Assembly (NCBI GenBank): GCA_002269645.1
Contig: NIVC01000426.1
Location: 186,001 to 250,000, forward strand
Direction: 5' to 3'
DNA length: 64,000 nt
Origin: Macrostomum lignano
Taxonomy: Eukaryota
The position numbers and the translations under genes are program-made. Of this stretch, positions 12,990 to 25,700 are shown in pieces. Position 1 is the first letter of the stretch. Every line of letters begins with the position of its first letter. A model generated the notes under the pieces. That model was not told where the DNA came from and did not search any database. It saw nothing but the letters and a program-made list of their open reading frames with translations.

Positions 12990-13792
12990 GGAGAGCCTTA
13001 ACTTGCAGGCGTTGGAAAGCATCCGACATATGGTGCATGTAGATTTATACATACGTTGGCACTGCTTTGGTCGCACGCGCGCATGAAAATGCATATAAAT
13101 TAATGTCAACGAAGTCATTTAAAGGTATGGATTTCGATTTTTTCTGAAGTAAACTGCTCACTCATTATATTAGCGGTTCGCTCAAAAGAACAGTTGTTGA
13201 CAAAAGTATCTTGAAATTTATAAAACGCGAGCTGGCGTATTAGCTAGGGAATCTTAGCTTATTTAAAAAGTAAAAAGCGGATTTCGCTGTTTATTCAAAG
13301 AATGCAAAGCTTTTTGAGATATTGAATAATTAAAGATTTCAATTGCAAGCTTCAATAACCAGGTTAATTTTAACCCTGAACCTTAGACCCGCAATGTTTA
13401 TTGGTCCAATTGAAGGCGCTAATGCATGTACATGTAGACTTGAAGAGTTTTAAGACTAGATGTGATACAACTGCAAACAAAAAACATTCACAACTTCCTC
13501 CTATATATGGCCGCAACGAACGCCCATGTCGGCCAATCTTCAGTGCCAAAGTGCCTGCTTAAGAATAAAAAAATCGAGAGATCTTTGCGTTCCTCTGCAA
13601 GTGTCTCTAAGTCAATGCTCACCAAAGGGAATTGCGCCTGAGACTAACTTACTAAATCCATGCATCCTAAGAATCCAATCTCTTTCGTTCACGCCAAAGA
13701 AGCTTGCAACTGAATCCATCGATTTCAATACTCCGATCCCTTATAACGCCTAGCATTCTATTGTAACTCGGTTCAGTTAGAGTTGCTCATCG

Positions 13793-14238
13793 TTAATTAT
13801 TGCAGCCGTCGTGGACGCACACAGCCAAACCTCTGGGCTCGTACCAGCGTCGAACCGATTCGTCCGGCGGCTGTCTCGACTGGACGCAGCCGCGCATGAC
13901 TCGGCCAGCGCGAACCGGCCAGTTGTACAGCTGCTTGACGGCTGATTCGCCCAGGCGGGTCAGGCGGCCGCGAAAGCAGAATGGCTTGTCAGCGTCGCAG
14001 CGCTCGAGGCTGTCACGCAGGACGCCGCTCGCCTGGTCAAGTCGGGTCACGAAGCAGCGCCTGCTGAAGGCGGCGTCAACTTCGAAGGCGACCTGCAGGC
14101 TCAGAAGCAGAGCGACAGCAGCCGCCGAGACCGGGGACTTTAGGAGAGCCCTGAGTGGAGATGGAGGATAATGAGGAATGAAGAAAGGTTTCTGAATATG
14201 AGGAATATTGCCTGTCTCTCGATAACTTACTTAGCCAT
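13793..14238 (-). CDS. Small secreted cysteine-rich protein, Ly6/uPAR (three-finger)-like, 121 aa
   Basis: Exon 1 ATGGCTAA (14238-14231), 80-nt GTAAG...CAG intron, exon 2 14150-13793. Signal-like MAKALLKSPVSAAAVALLLSLQVAFEVDA, then six Cys including RGC and a terminal CVHDGCNN*. Confidence 0.72.
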
Positions 14239-14892
14239 GTTAGACTGACTCAATGCTGTCAAAATTTGGAACAGAAATAATATAGTGTAGCTGAAAATCT
14301 CTCAGCAGATTCTTCACACAATGCCATGCAGCAGAGAGAGCAAAGAAACTCTTGAAATCCGGCAACCCTTATATGCATTTTTGTGTTCGGGGGCGGGAAA
14401 GGCTGGCTTGCAGGACTGGGCCAATGTCAGAGCATTGCGTGGGTGACTTGAGCTTCCGCTATGCTATAGCAGTGCTTTGCAAGCCCGTCCCCAACCAGTA
14501 GGCAAGAAAATCATTTTATTTAAAAAAAAAGTCAACTCAGACAAGCCCAGCTTCTATCAGCAGTTATTTTTAATGCAGGAAGCTGCTGGCTGGTTCAGCC
14601 GCCGCCCCACAGATGGGGCAGATGCACGCAAGCCGCACTATAAACCATTGATCAATTTCCTCAGACACTATTGATATGGCAGAATCAATAGAAAAAAAAT
14701 TGATTTTCAGTTATTTTAAAGTTAAATACCGCTATTGCAGCCAGCAAGTTAGAGGAAAACTGCTGAACCGAATCCTCTTGAGTGATGCCTATGGGAAATC
14801 TGAGCACAGAAAAAAATCCGTTAAATTAACGGATGTGAACGGACGGACGAAATGTGAAAAATACCATGCCAAGTTTAAACCTTTCCTTCGTG

Positions 14893-15850
14893 AATATCTT
14901 ACGCTGGGCGCCTTCAACGGACGAGGACAGGAGGGCGAGGTCGTCGGCGTAGCCAAGCACGCTCAGGCGCTTTTTGCCGTGGCGGCGACCGATGCGTCTG
15001 CGCAGCAGGAAGCCGTCATCAGCCGAGGGGAGTGCGGACCGGAGCACCCAGTCCAGCAGCAGCACGAAGAGGAACGGCGCCAGCGTGTCGCCCTGCAGAA
15101 CTCCTGATGAAGTGTCGAACAGGTCAGACAGGCCGCCGTCACCACAACAGCTCGAGTGTCGCAATACAGCGCCATGACAGCGTCGATTAGCTGCTGGGGT
15201 ACCCGGTAGGCTCGAAGGACAAAGGGAAGCGCGGTTCTCAACACCGAGTCAAACGCCTTTCTAAAGTCAACGAAGACAATGATCAGCGTAGACTGGCGGA
15301 TGCGCGCCTCTTCGATGATGGAGTGCGAGGATCTGGGTCACTGTACCGAGTTGCGGCCGGAATCCGTCCTGCTCGCACCGCAGGTACGGGTACAGCACCG
15401 ACTGCAGGCGATCGAGCAGCAGCCGGTTGAAGAGGTTTGCGGTGCAGGACATCAGAGAGATCCCGCGGTGGTCTTCTTTCGGCGTTGTCCCTGCCTTCTT
15501 CGGGATCGGCACGATGTGCGCGACGGTTCACTCGGTGGGCGCGGGGGCGCTGGCGAGCACGCGGTTCATGACGCCTGTAAACTGGGAGGCCACACAGTGG
15601 AGCCGCAGCGCTTCGACCAGAACTTCGTCGGGGCCGAGCGCCTTGCCGCCTGATGTTTTCTGAGCGAACAGCACAACGTCCTCCGTGGTGACTGGTCTGA
15701 TGCAGAAGTCCTCCTCAGCTGGGCGTGTCCAGTGGAAGCGCAAAGCTGGCGAGTAGCGGCGACGCGGGGGCGTTCACGATGCTGGCGAAGAAGTCGCGCA
15801 ATTCATTCCTGCGCTCCTCCGGGGTGTCGCCGGCCAGGTTTAGCGCCGGC
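14893..15850 (-). mobile_element. Decayed non-LTR retrotransposon RT fragment (RTE/RTEX-like)
   Basis: PIPKK, RGISLMS, EQDGFR, FVDFRKAFDS-like, GVLQGDTLAPFLF and YADDLAL spread over shifted frames. Truncated at both ends. Confidence 0.85.
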
Positions 15851-16766
15851 TGTTATTTAAAAATCACTAAAAACCGTTTAGAAAACCTTCTGAACCTTTT
15901 GAAGCAAAAATAATAGAACTGTGGCCCTTGTCATTTTAGCAGCTAAGCTGATCGTAATTCATCTAATGCATCAAAAAGTGGGCGCCCATAGACTTAAACG
16001 AGCCCCCAACTTTTTTTCACCATGATTTGCCTCGTTTCGCGTCCCTAGTGTTTTAGTTGTCCCTGGCCAGCTGGCAAAGCTGATTGTGAAATATTTTCAA
16101 CGGTAAAATTAGACACATTTTCACCACTTTAGCTGCTATTATACAGACAGAGATTGCATTGAAAATTCTATATTTAATTGAACCAAGAGTCCTTATCCGA
16201 GCCAGACCAAACATTGGCAGCTTGCCTTCGAATTCAAGTTTAATCACAGAATATCCGCACTATGCTAAGCTATGCCAACTGCAGCGCTAATATATAGATT
16301 TTCTAGCTGTCTGTGTACGCGCCTCTTCCTGCTGCTCACTTGAGATGAAAAGATTTAAAAGAAAAATCAATATTGTTTAAATAATAATATAATATAATAA
16401 TTTTTATATTAAGAGGAAGATAGGAAGATTAGTAATTTTATAACAAAAAATCACAGCTGCATGTACGAGTAGCTTAGTCTGCTCAGACAGAGAAATTATA
16501 TACCGACACGATAAACTGGCGGTAAGGAGAAAACAAAACTATTAATATTAAACGTACAGGAGTACTTTGGGCTACTATTAGGAGTTAACAGAACAGTATA
16601 GTTGTCTAATTTAGTCAATATGCGTTAGTTGAACATGTAGTGCCACTTGCTAAATATAAATATGTTCACTACATGTACTAGCTGTCTGTAAAACAAGAAT
16701 CCGTTAGCTAAACAGGCTTCTTTTCTGTCTGTTAGTCAGAGCTGCGATGCGATTCGAATAATTCTT

Positions 16767-19700
16767 CTAGTCCTCGTACTCAGTCGTGCTAGTATAGGTC
16801 TCCATGCGAGTGATGTACACGCTACCGTCAGCCTCCTTCTTGCACTGGCACTTCTTCACCGATCCGTGCACCTTACAGCTGAAATCGGTGCCGGAGCTGG
16901 ACGCCCTCACGCATTTGCCATTGGTACTCAGGCAGTCGGAGCGGTAGGGTCGGCTGGAGCTTGGGTCCTTGCTGCACTTAAAGTGGAAGCACATGCTGTC
17001 GGCCTTGCTCACCCAGGACTGTCCGGGCTTGTACTTGTGGCTAGTGTAGGGATCAATGCAGTAGTGCTCAATGTGTGACGTTGTCTCCCAGTGGCCATGG
17101 TCAGAGTCACCACTGGTCTCTGAGCTGGTGCTTGTGCTGGTGCTGGTGTGTGTGCTGGTGCTAGAATCCGTGGTTGTCTCATCGGTGCCAGAGCTCGAGC
17201 TGCCACCATGAGGGCGAACAAGTCCCGTGCCGACGCACGAGTAGGTGCGAACGAATCGGCAGCCGCAGCCTACAATTGGTTAGCCAAGACTATTCACTAT
17301 TCATAGTGCTAGAATGGAAACTTATCTATTACAAGTAAAATGTATAACTATACTACATGTAGTTCTACAGGAAGACATAAAGATTCCAATTAGCATGACT
17401 TACGGCCAGACATTACTCGAGACAGCTCTCTGGCGTTGCGAGGCAGAACTCCGAAGCTGAAGCGTCCAGCAACCGCGCCCTTGATGAACGACATCACCTG
17501 GATTTGTAAAGAAGCAATAGTCAACGCATGGCCACTAACAAATAACGAAAATCAATCGGCAATATCGATAATTATACAGTACGTACTTTTGACGCCAATT
17601 TCATTCCGAGTTTGGAGAAGCGACCTCGAGTCTTCCGGGCGATGGCTTTGTACGCGCCGCCACTATGTCCGCACAGATTTCCGGAGGCGATGATGAAGAA
17701 GCGGATGTTCTTGGAAGCCAGCAATTTGGCCACAGATTTGTGCATGCGCGAGTCCTTGGCGGAGGCGTCGGTGAACAGGAACAGGACCGAGTTTCGGTCG
17801 GCGGCAGCAGCGGCATCGCGAACTCCATGCATAGACATCTCAGGACAGTCGCCACCACCGTGAGGACGGACGCGTCTCAGGAACGCGAGTGCCTGGTGGG
17901 CGTTCCTTGTCTTGAGCACGTTCCGCCTGTAGGGATCTCCGTACGTACCAAGAACGTAGTTATTGAAGCGCTTGTTCGCCCTGATGATGCTTTGAATGTG
18001 GTTCCTGACGGCTTTGATGACGCGGCCCATGCTGCCGGTGTCATCGACAACGAAGATCAGCGATCCTCGCTTTCCAGGTCGGGGAGCAACAGGCTTGCAT
18101 GAGCAGACCTTCTTCTTGGTGGAGATCCTGCGGCCACCTCGAGGGCAGCGCTTAGGTTTGGGACGGACTGGTGGTCGGACAGGCGGTCGGACAGGTGGGC
18201 GGACGGGAGGCCGAACCCCTCCGGTTCCAACGCACTTGTGAGTACGGACAAAGCGGCATCCGCATCCTGAAGAGAAAAAAGTCTAAGATGGAACTAGCTC
18301 GTAGATGGCTTAAGCTTTCCTTAAATCTCGGGTCAAGAAAACTCGTTGTAGGGATGGGTAGACGCTAGGCTGACAAGTGTACCCCGAAGAGTTAGTAAAT
18401 AATAGAAATAGCTACACTATGCTACATGTATATACATTTATCTTTTGAGCTTTAATGGGAACATTGAGGGGTTAAGCTACGATACTGCTTTACCTGTTGG
18501 GTTGAGGCCGAATTATCTTAAAAATTGCCAACAGATACACGACTAGCTAACACAATTCGGGCAGCCAAGCAAAATATCCTGGAAATCTTGAAAAGAGAGT
18601 TGATCGATGATCACTTACGTCCAGACATCACGCGAGACAGCTCTCTGGCGTTGCGAGGCAGAACTCCGAAGCTGAAGCGTCCAGCAACCGCGCCCTTGAT
18701 GAACGACATCACCTGGATTGTAAAGAAGCAATAGTCAACGCATGGCCACTAACAAATAACGAAAATCAATCGGCAATATCGATAATTATACAGTACGTAC
18801 TTTTGACGCCAATTTCATTCCGAGTTTGGAGAAGCGACCTCGAGTCTTCCGGGCGATGGCTTTGTACGCGCCGCCACTATGTCCGCACAGATTTCCGGAG
18901 GCGATGATGAAGAAGCGGATGTTCTTGGAAGCCAGCAATTTGGCCACAGATTTGTGCATGCGCGAGTCCTTGGCGGAGGCGTCGGTGAACAGGAACAGGA
19001 CCGAGTTTCGGTCGGCGGCAGCAGCGGCATCGCGAACTCCATGCATAGACATCTCAGGACAGTCGCCACCACCGTGAGGACGGACGCGTCTCAGGAACGC
19101 GAGTGCCTGGTGGGCGTTCCTTGTCTTGAGCACGTTCCGCCTGTAGGGATCTCCGTACGTACCAAGAACGTAGTTATTGAAGCGCTTGTTCGCCCTGATG
19201 ATGCTTTGAATGTGGTTCCTGACGGCTTTGATGACGCGGCCCATGCTGCCGGTGTCATCGACAACGAAGATCAGCGATCCTCGCTTTCCAGGTCGGGGAG
19301 CAACAGGCTTGCATGAGCAGACCTTCTTCTTGGTGGAGATCCTGCGGCCACCTCGAGGGCAGCGCTTAGGTTTGGGACGGACTGGTGGTCGGACAGGCGG
19401 TCGGACAGGTGGGCGGACGGGAGGCCGAACCCCTCCGGTTCCAACGCACTTGTGAGTACGGACAAAGCGGCATCCGCATCCTGAAGAGAAAAAAGTCTAA
19501 GATGGAACTAGCTCGTAGATGGCTTAAGCTTTCCTTAAATCTCGGGTCAAGAAAACTCGTTGTAGGGATGGGTAGACGCTAGGCTGACAAGTGTACCCCG
19601 AAGAGTTAGTAAATAATAGAAATAGCTACACTATGCTACATGTATATACATTTATCTTTTGAGCTTTAATGGGAACATTGAGGGGTTAAGCTACGATACT

Positions 19701-22700
19701 GCTTTACCTGTTGGGTTGAGGCCGAATTATCTTAAAAATTGCCAACAGATACACGACTAGCTAACACAATTCGGGCAGCCAAGCAAAATATCCTGGAAAT
19801 CTTGAAAAGAGAGTTGATCGATGATCACTTACGTCCAGACATCACGCGAGACAGCTCTCTGGCGTTGCGAGGCAGAACTCCGAAGCTGAAGCGTCCAGCA
19901 ACCGCGCCCTTGATGAACGACATCACCTGGATTTGTAAAGAAGCAATAGTCAACGTATGGCCACTAACCCAACAATGAAAATCAATCGGCAATGTCGATA
20001 ATTATACAGTACGTACTTTTGACGCCAATTTCATTCCGAGTTTGGAGAAGCGACCTCGAGTCCTCGTGGCGAGAGATTTGTACACATTGCCCGGTCGGCC
20101 GCACAGATTTCCAGAAGCAACAGTGAAGAAACGGATGTTCTTGGAAGACAGCAGGCTGGCGACAGAGCTCTGCAAGTGGGCGTCCTTGGCGGAGGCGTCG
20201 GTGAACAGGAACAGGACCGAGTTTCGGTCGGCGGCAGCAGCGGCATCGCGAACTCCTTGCAGAGCCATCTCAGGACAGTCGCCACCACCGTGAGGACGGA
20301 CGCGTCTCAGGAACGCGAGTGCCTGGTGGGCGTTCCTTGTCTTGAGCACGTTCCGCCTGTAGGGATCTCCGTACGTACCAAGAACGTAGTTATTGAAGCG
20401 CTTGTTCGCCCTGATGATGCTTTGAATGTGGTTCCTGACGGCTGTGATGACGCGGCCCATGCTGCCGGTGTCATCGACAACGAAGATCAGTGATCCTCGC
20501 TTTCCAGGTCGGGGAGCAACAGGCTTGCATGAGCAGACCTTCTTCTTGATGGAGATCCTGCGGCCACCTCGAGGGCAGCGCTTAGGTTTGGGACGGACTG
20601 GTGGTCGGACAGGCGGTCGGACAGGTGGGCGGACGGGAGGCCGAACCCCTCCGGTTCCAACGCACTTGTGAGTACGGACAAAGCGGCATCCGCATCCTGA
20701 AGAGAAAAAAGTCTAAGATGGAACTAGCTCGTAGATGGCTTAAGCTTTCCTTAAATCTCGGGTCAAGAAAACTCGTTGTAGGGATGGGTAGACGCTAGGC
20801 TGACAAGTGTACCCCGAAGAGTTAGTAAATAATAGAAATAGCTACACTATGCTACATGTATATACATTTATCTTTTGAGCTTTAATGGGAACATTGAGGG
20901 GTTAAGCTACGATACTGCTTTACCTGTTGGGTTGAGGCCGAATTATCTTAAAAATTGCCAACAGATACACGACCAGCTAACACAATTAAAGCAGCCAAGC
21001 AAAATATCCTGGAAATCTTGAAAAGAGAGTTGATCGATGATCACTTACGTCCAGACATCACGCGAGACAGCTCTCTGGCGTTGCGAGGCAGAACTCCGAA
21101 GCTGAAGCGTCCAGCAACCGCGCCCTTGATGAACGACATCACCTGGATTTGTAAAGAAGCAATAGTCAACGTATGGCCACTAACCCAACAATGAAAATCA
21201 ATCGGCAATGTCGATAATTATACAGTACGTACTTTTGACGCCAATTTCATTCCGAGTTTGGAGAAGCGACCTCGAGTCCTCGTGGCGAGAGATTTGTACA
21301 CATTGCCCGGTCGGCCGCACAGATTTCCAGAAGCAACAGTGAAGAAACGGATGTTCTTGGAAGACAGCAGGCTGGCGACAGAGCTCTGCAAGTGGGCGTC
21401 CTTGGCGGAGGCGTCGGTGAACAGGAACAGGACCGAGTTTCGGTCGGCGGCAGCAGCGGCATCGCGAACTCCTTGCAGAGCCATCTCAGGACAGTCGCCA
21501 CCACCGTGAGGACGGACGCGTCTCAGGAACGCGAGTGCCTGGTGGGCGTTCCTTGTCTTGAGCACGTTCCGCCTGTAGGGATCTCCGTACGTACCAAGAA
21601 CGTAGTTATTGAAGCGCTTGTTCGCCCTGATGATGCTTTGAATGTGGTTCCTGACGGCTGTGATGACGCGGCCCATGCTGCCGGTGTCATCGACAACGAA
21701 GATCAGTGATCCTCGCTTTCCAGGTCGGGGAGCAACAGGCTTGCATGAGCAGACCTTCTTCTTGATGGAGATCCTGCGGCCACCTCGAGGGCAGCGCTTA
21801 GGTTTGGGACGGACTGGTGGTCGGACAGGCGGTCGGACAGGTGGGCGGACGGGAGGCCGAACCCCTCCGGTTCCAACGCACTTGTGAGTACGGACAAAGC
21901 GGCATCCGCATCCTGAAGAGAAAAAAGTCTAAGATGGAACTAGCTCGTAGATGGCTTAAGCTTTCCTTAAATCTCGGGTCAAGAAAACTCGTTGTAGGGA
22001 TGGGTAGACGCTAGGCTGACAAGTGTACCCCGAAGAGTTAGTAAATAATAGAAATAGCTACACTATGCTACATGTATATACATTTATCTTTTGAGCTTTA
22101 ATGGGAACATTGAGGGGTTAAGCTACAATACTGCTTTACCTGTTGGGTTGAGGCCGAATTATCTTAAAAATTGCCAACAGATACACGACCAGCTAACACA
22201 ATTAAAGCAGCCAAGCAAAATATCCTGGAAATCTTGAAAAGAGAGTTGATCGATGATCACTTACGTCCAGACATCACGCGAGACAGCTCTCTGGCGTTGC
22301 GAGGCAGAACTCCGAAGCTGAAGCGTCCAGCAACCGCGCCCCTGATGAACGACATCACCTGGATTGTAAAGAAGCAATAGTCAACGTATGGCCACTAACC
22401 CAACAATGAAAATCAATCGGCAATGTCGATAATTATACAGTACGTACTTTTGACGCCAATTTCATTCCGAGTTTGGAGAAGCGACCTCGAGTCCTCGTGG
22501 CGAGAGATTTGTACACATTGCCCGGACGGCCGCACAGATTTCCAGAAGCAACAGTGAAGAAACGGATGTTCTTGGAAGACAGCAGGCTGGCGACAGAGCT
22601 CTGCAAGTGGGCGTCCTTGGCGGAGGCGTCGGTGAACAGGAACAGGACCGAGTTTCGGTCGGCGGCAGCAGCGGCATCGCGAACTCCTTGCAGAGCCATC

Positions 22701-25700
22701 TCAGGACAGTCGCCACCACCGTGAGGACGGACGCGTCTCAGGAACGCGAGTGCCTGGTGGGCGTTCCTTGTCTTGAGCACGTTCCGCCTGTAGGGATCTC
22801 CGTACGTACCAAGAACGTAGTTATTGAAGCGCTTGTTCGCCCTGATGATGCTTTGAATGTGGTTCCTGACGGCTGTGATGACGCGGCCCATGCTGCCGGT
22901 GTCATCGACAACGAAGATCAGTGATCCTTGCTTTCCAGGTCGGGGAGCAACAGGCTTGCATGAGCAGACCTTCTTCTTGATGGAGATCCTGCGGCCACCT
23001 CGAGGGCAGCGCTTAGGTTTGGGACGGACTGGTGGTCGGACAGGCGGTCGGACAGGTGGGCGGACAGGCGGTCGGACAGGTGGGCGGACAGGCGGTCCAC
23101 CGGATGGAATGCAATTGCGAATTTTGACGAATCGGCAACCGCATCCTACAACGCCAGTTTTAAATGTTTATGGTTATGTTGGATAGACAATATTTGACTG
23201 CTCTAACTTGACAACGGAGCATTTGACTGCCAGACATTGACAGGCATGGCACAAACTATAAACTGCCAATCCATAACCAAATCACTAACTGAAAGCTGAT
23301 TTTTTCTACAGTCAGACGGCCAGGAGTGAAATTTCTTGGTAGTCAAATGTCGCGCTCTTGGTTATGTTTTTTCTGATATGTGGATATTTTAAATACATGT
23401 ATTTAAAAAAGGAGCACGAGAATTTCCCACAGGAAGTTTTCCCGCCGAGGTTTTCCTCCGAGAGTTTTCCCGCCGAGATTTCCCCCGAGAGTTTTTCCGC
23501 CGAGATTTCCCCCGAGAGTTTTCCCGCCGATGTTTTCCGCAGGGTTTTTCCTGTCGGAATTTCAAGTCAAATCCAGTCAATAGACAATGCTGGACTAGAT
23601 TAAAACCAGCCTAGACTAGACTAGACTAGACTAGACTAGACTGGACTAGACTAGACTGGACTAGACTAGACTGGACTAGACTAGACTGGACTAGACTGGA
23701 CTAGACTGGACTAGACTGGACTAGACTAGACTGGACTAGACTGGACTAGACTAGACTGGACTGGACTAGACTGGACTAGACTAGACTGGACTAGACTAGA
23801 CTGGACTAGACTGGACTAGACTAGACTGGACTAGACTAGACTGGACTAGACTAGACTGGACTAGACTGGACTAGACTGGACTAGACTAGACTGGACTAGA
23901 CTGGACTAGACTAGACTGGACTAGACTAGACTGGACTGGACTAGACTAGACTGGACTAGACTGAACTAGACTAGACTGGACTAGACTGGACTAGACTAGA
24001 CTGGACTAGACTAGACTGGACTAGACTAGACTGGACTAGACTGGACTAGACTAGACTGGACTAGACTGGACTAGACTAGACTAGACTAGACTGGACTAGA
24101 CTGGACTAGACTAGACTGGACTAGACTGGACTAGACTAGACTGGACTAGACTGGACTAGACTAGACTAGACTAGACTGGACTAGACTAGACTAGACTGGA
24201 CTAGACTAGACTGGACTAGACATAAACTAGACCAGATTAAAAACTAGACTATATTAGAACTAGTAGACTAGACTAAATTTCAAATCCGATTAGATTTGAC
24301 TTGAAATTCCGACAGGAAAAACCCTGCGGGAAAACCTCGGCAGGAAAAAATCTCGCGGGAAAACCTCCTGCGGGAAATTCTCATAGTAGACCCTCTAAAA
24401 ATATGCTCCTTAACAGGAGGGAATTGGAATGTTTATAAAACAATTTTCGGTTAGGCTAGTGTGGCCAAGTGCAGCAGCGTTGGGCATCATTTACTTAACA
24501 ATAAATTTTTGCTGAAAAGGTGGTTTTTGAGCTAACTTTTTGCTATCGTTAATAATAGCAAATAGTGCAGCTATAATTGGACTATTTCATACGCACACAT
24601 GATTTTGTGGTTTTCAAATCATGTTTGTAAGGAAATGAGTTTTGAAAAATCATTCCAAAGGACTGAATAAATTTTGATTCAACCACTGAGCTGTATTGAA
24701 TTGCATGTTAATATTAACAAATAAAGTAGCCGGACAACTTCTTTCTGGCGATTAAAAGGTGATAATTACAATATGAGTAATATTAGTATCAGATATTTAA
24801 ATTTCTTGAACTAACTTTACGAGAGTAACTTTTCTAAGAAACTTACCTTTTTCAAACGTATAAAAACCAGTCGTTACAACTTTTTTGCCAGTTAAAGTAA
24901 ACTTATTGCTATTAAATACTTACTAACTGTAAACTGACTTTGCACAGCATTGAAAGGCAGAAAGAAATCGACTAAATTTTAACTGTTCATACACTTTTAA
25001 AAGCATTTGCTCAGGTTATAAGCACTGTGACATAAAGGTTTCAGTACCCAGGAAAACGTATATCTACTCACGGCCAGACATCACTCGAGACAGCTCTCTG
25101 GCGTTGCGAGGCAGAACTCCGAAGCTGAAGCGTCCAGCAACCGCGCCCCTGATGAACGACATCACCTGGATTGTAAAGAAGCAATAGTCAACGTATGGCC
25201 ACTAACCCAACAATGAAAATCAATCGGCAATGTCGATAATTATACAGTACGTACTTTTGACGCCAATTTCATTCCGAGTTTGGAGAAGCGACCTCGAGTC
25301 CTCGTGGCGAGAGATTTGTACACATTGCCCGGACGGCCGCACAGATTTCCAGAAGCAACAGTGAAGAAGCGGATGTTCTTGGAAGACAGCAGGCTGGCGA
25401 CAGAGCTCTGCAAGTGGGCGTCCTTGGCGGAGGCGTCGGTGAACAGGAACAGGACCGAGTTTCGGTCGGCGGCAGCAGCGGCATCGCGAACTCCTTGCAG
25501 AGCCATCTCAGGACAGTCGCCACCACCGTGAGGACGGACGCGTCTCAGGAACGCGAGTGCCTGGTGGGCGTTCCTTGTCTTGAGCACGTTCCGCCTGTAG
25601 GGATCTCCGTAAGTAGCGATGACGTAGTTATTGAAGCGCTTGTTCGCCCTGATGATGCTTTGAATGTGGTTCCTGACGGCTGTGATGACGCGGCCCATGC

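Noticed and set aside
17572-22891. Five separate small vWA genes, or frameshifted pseudogene copies
   Set aside because: The 152-aa ORFs are exon parts. The 1-2-bp differences between units fall in introns, and splicing yields one continuous ORF.
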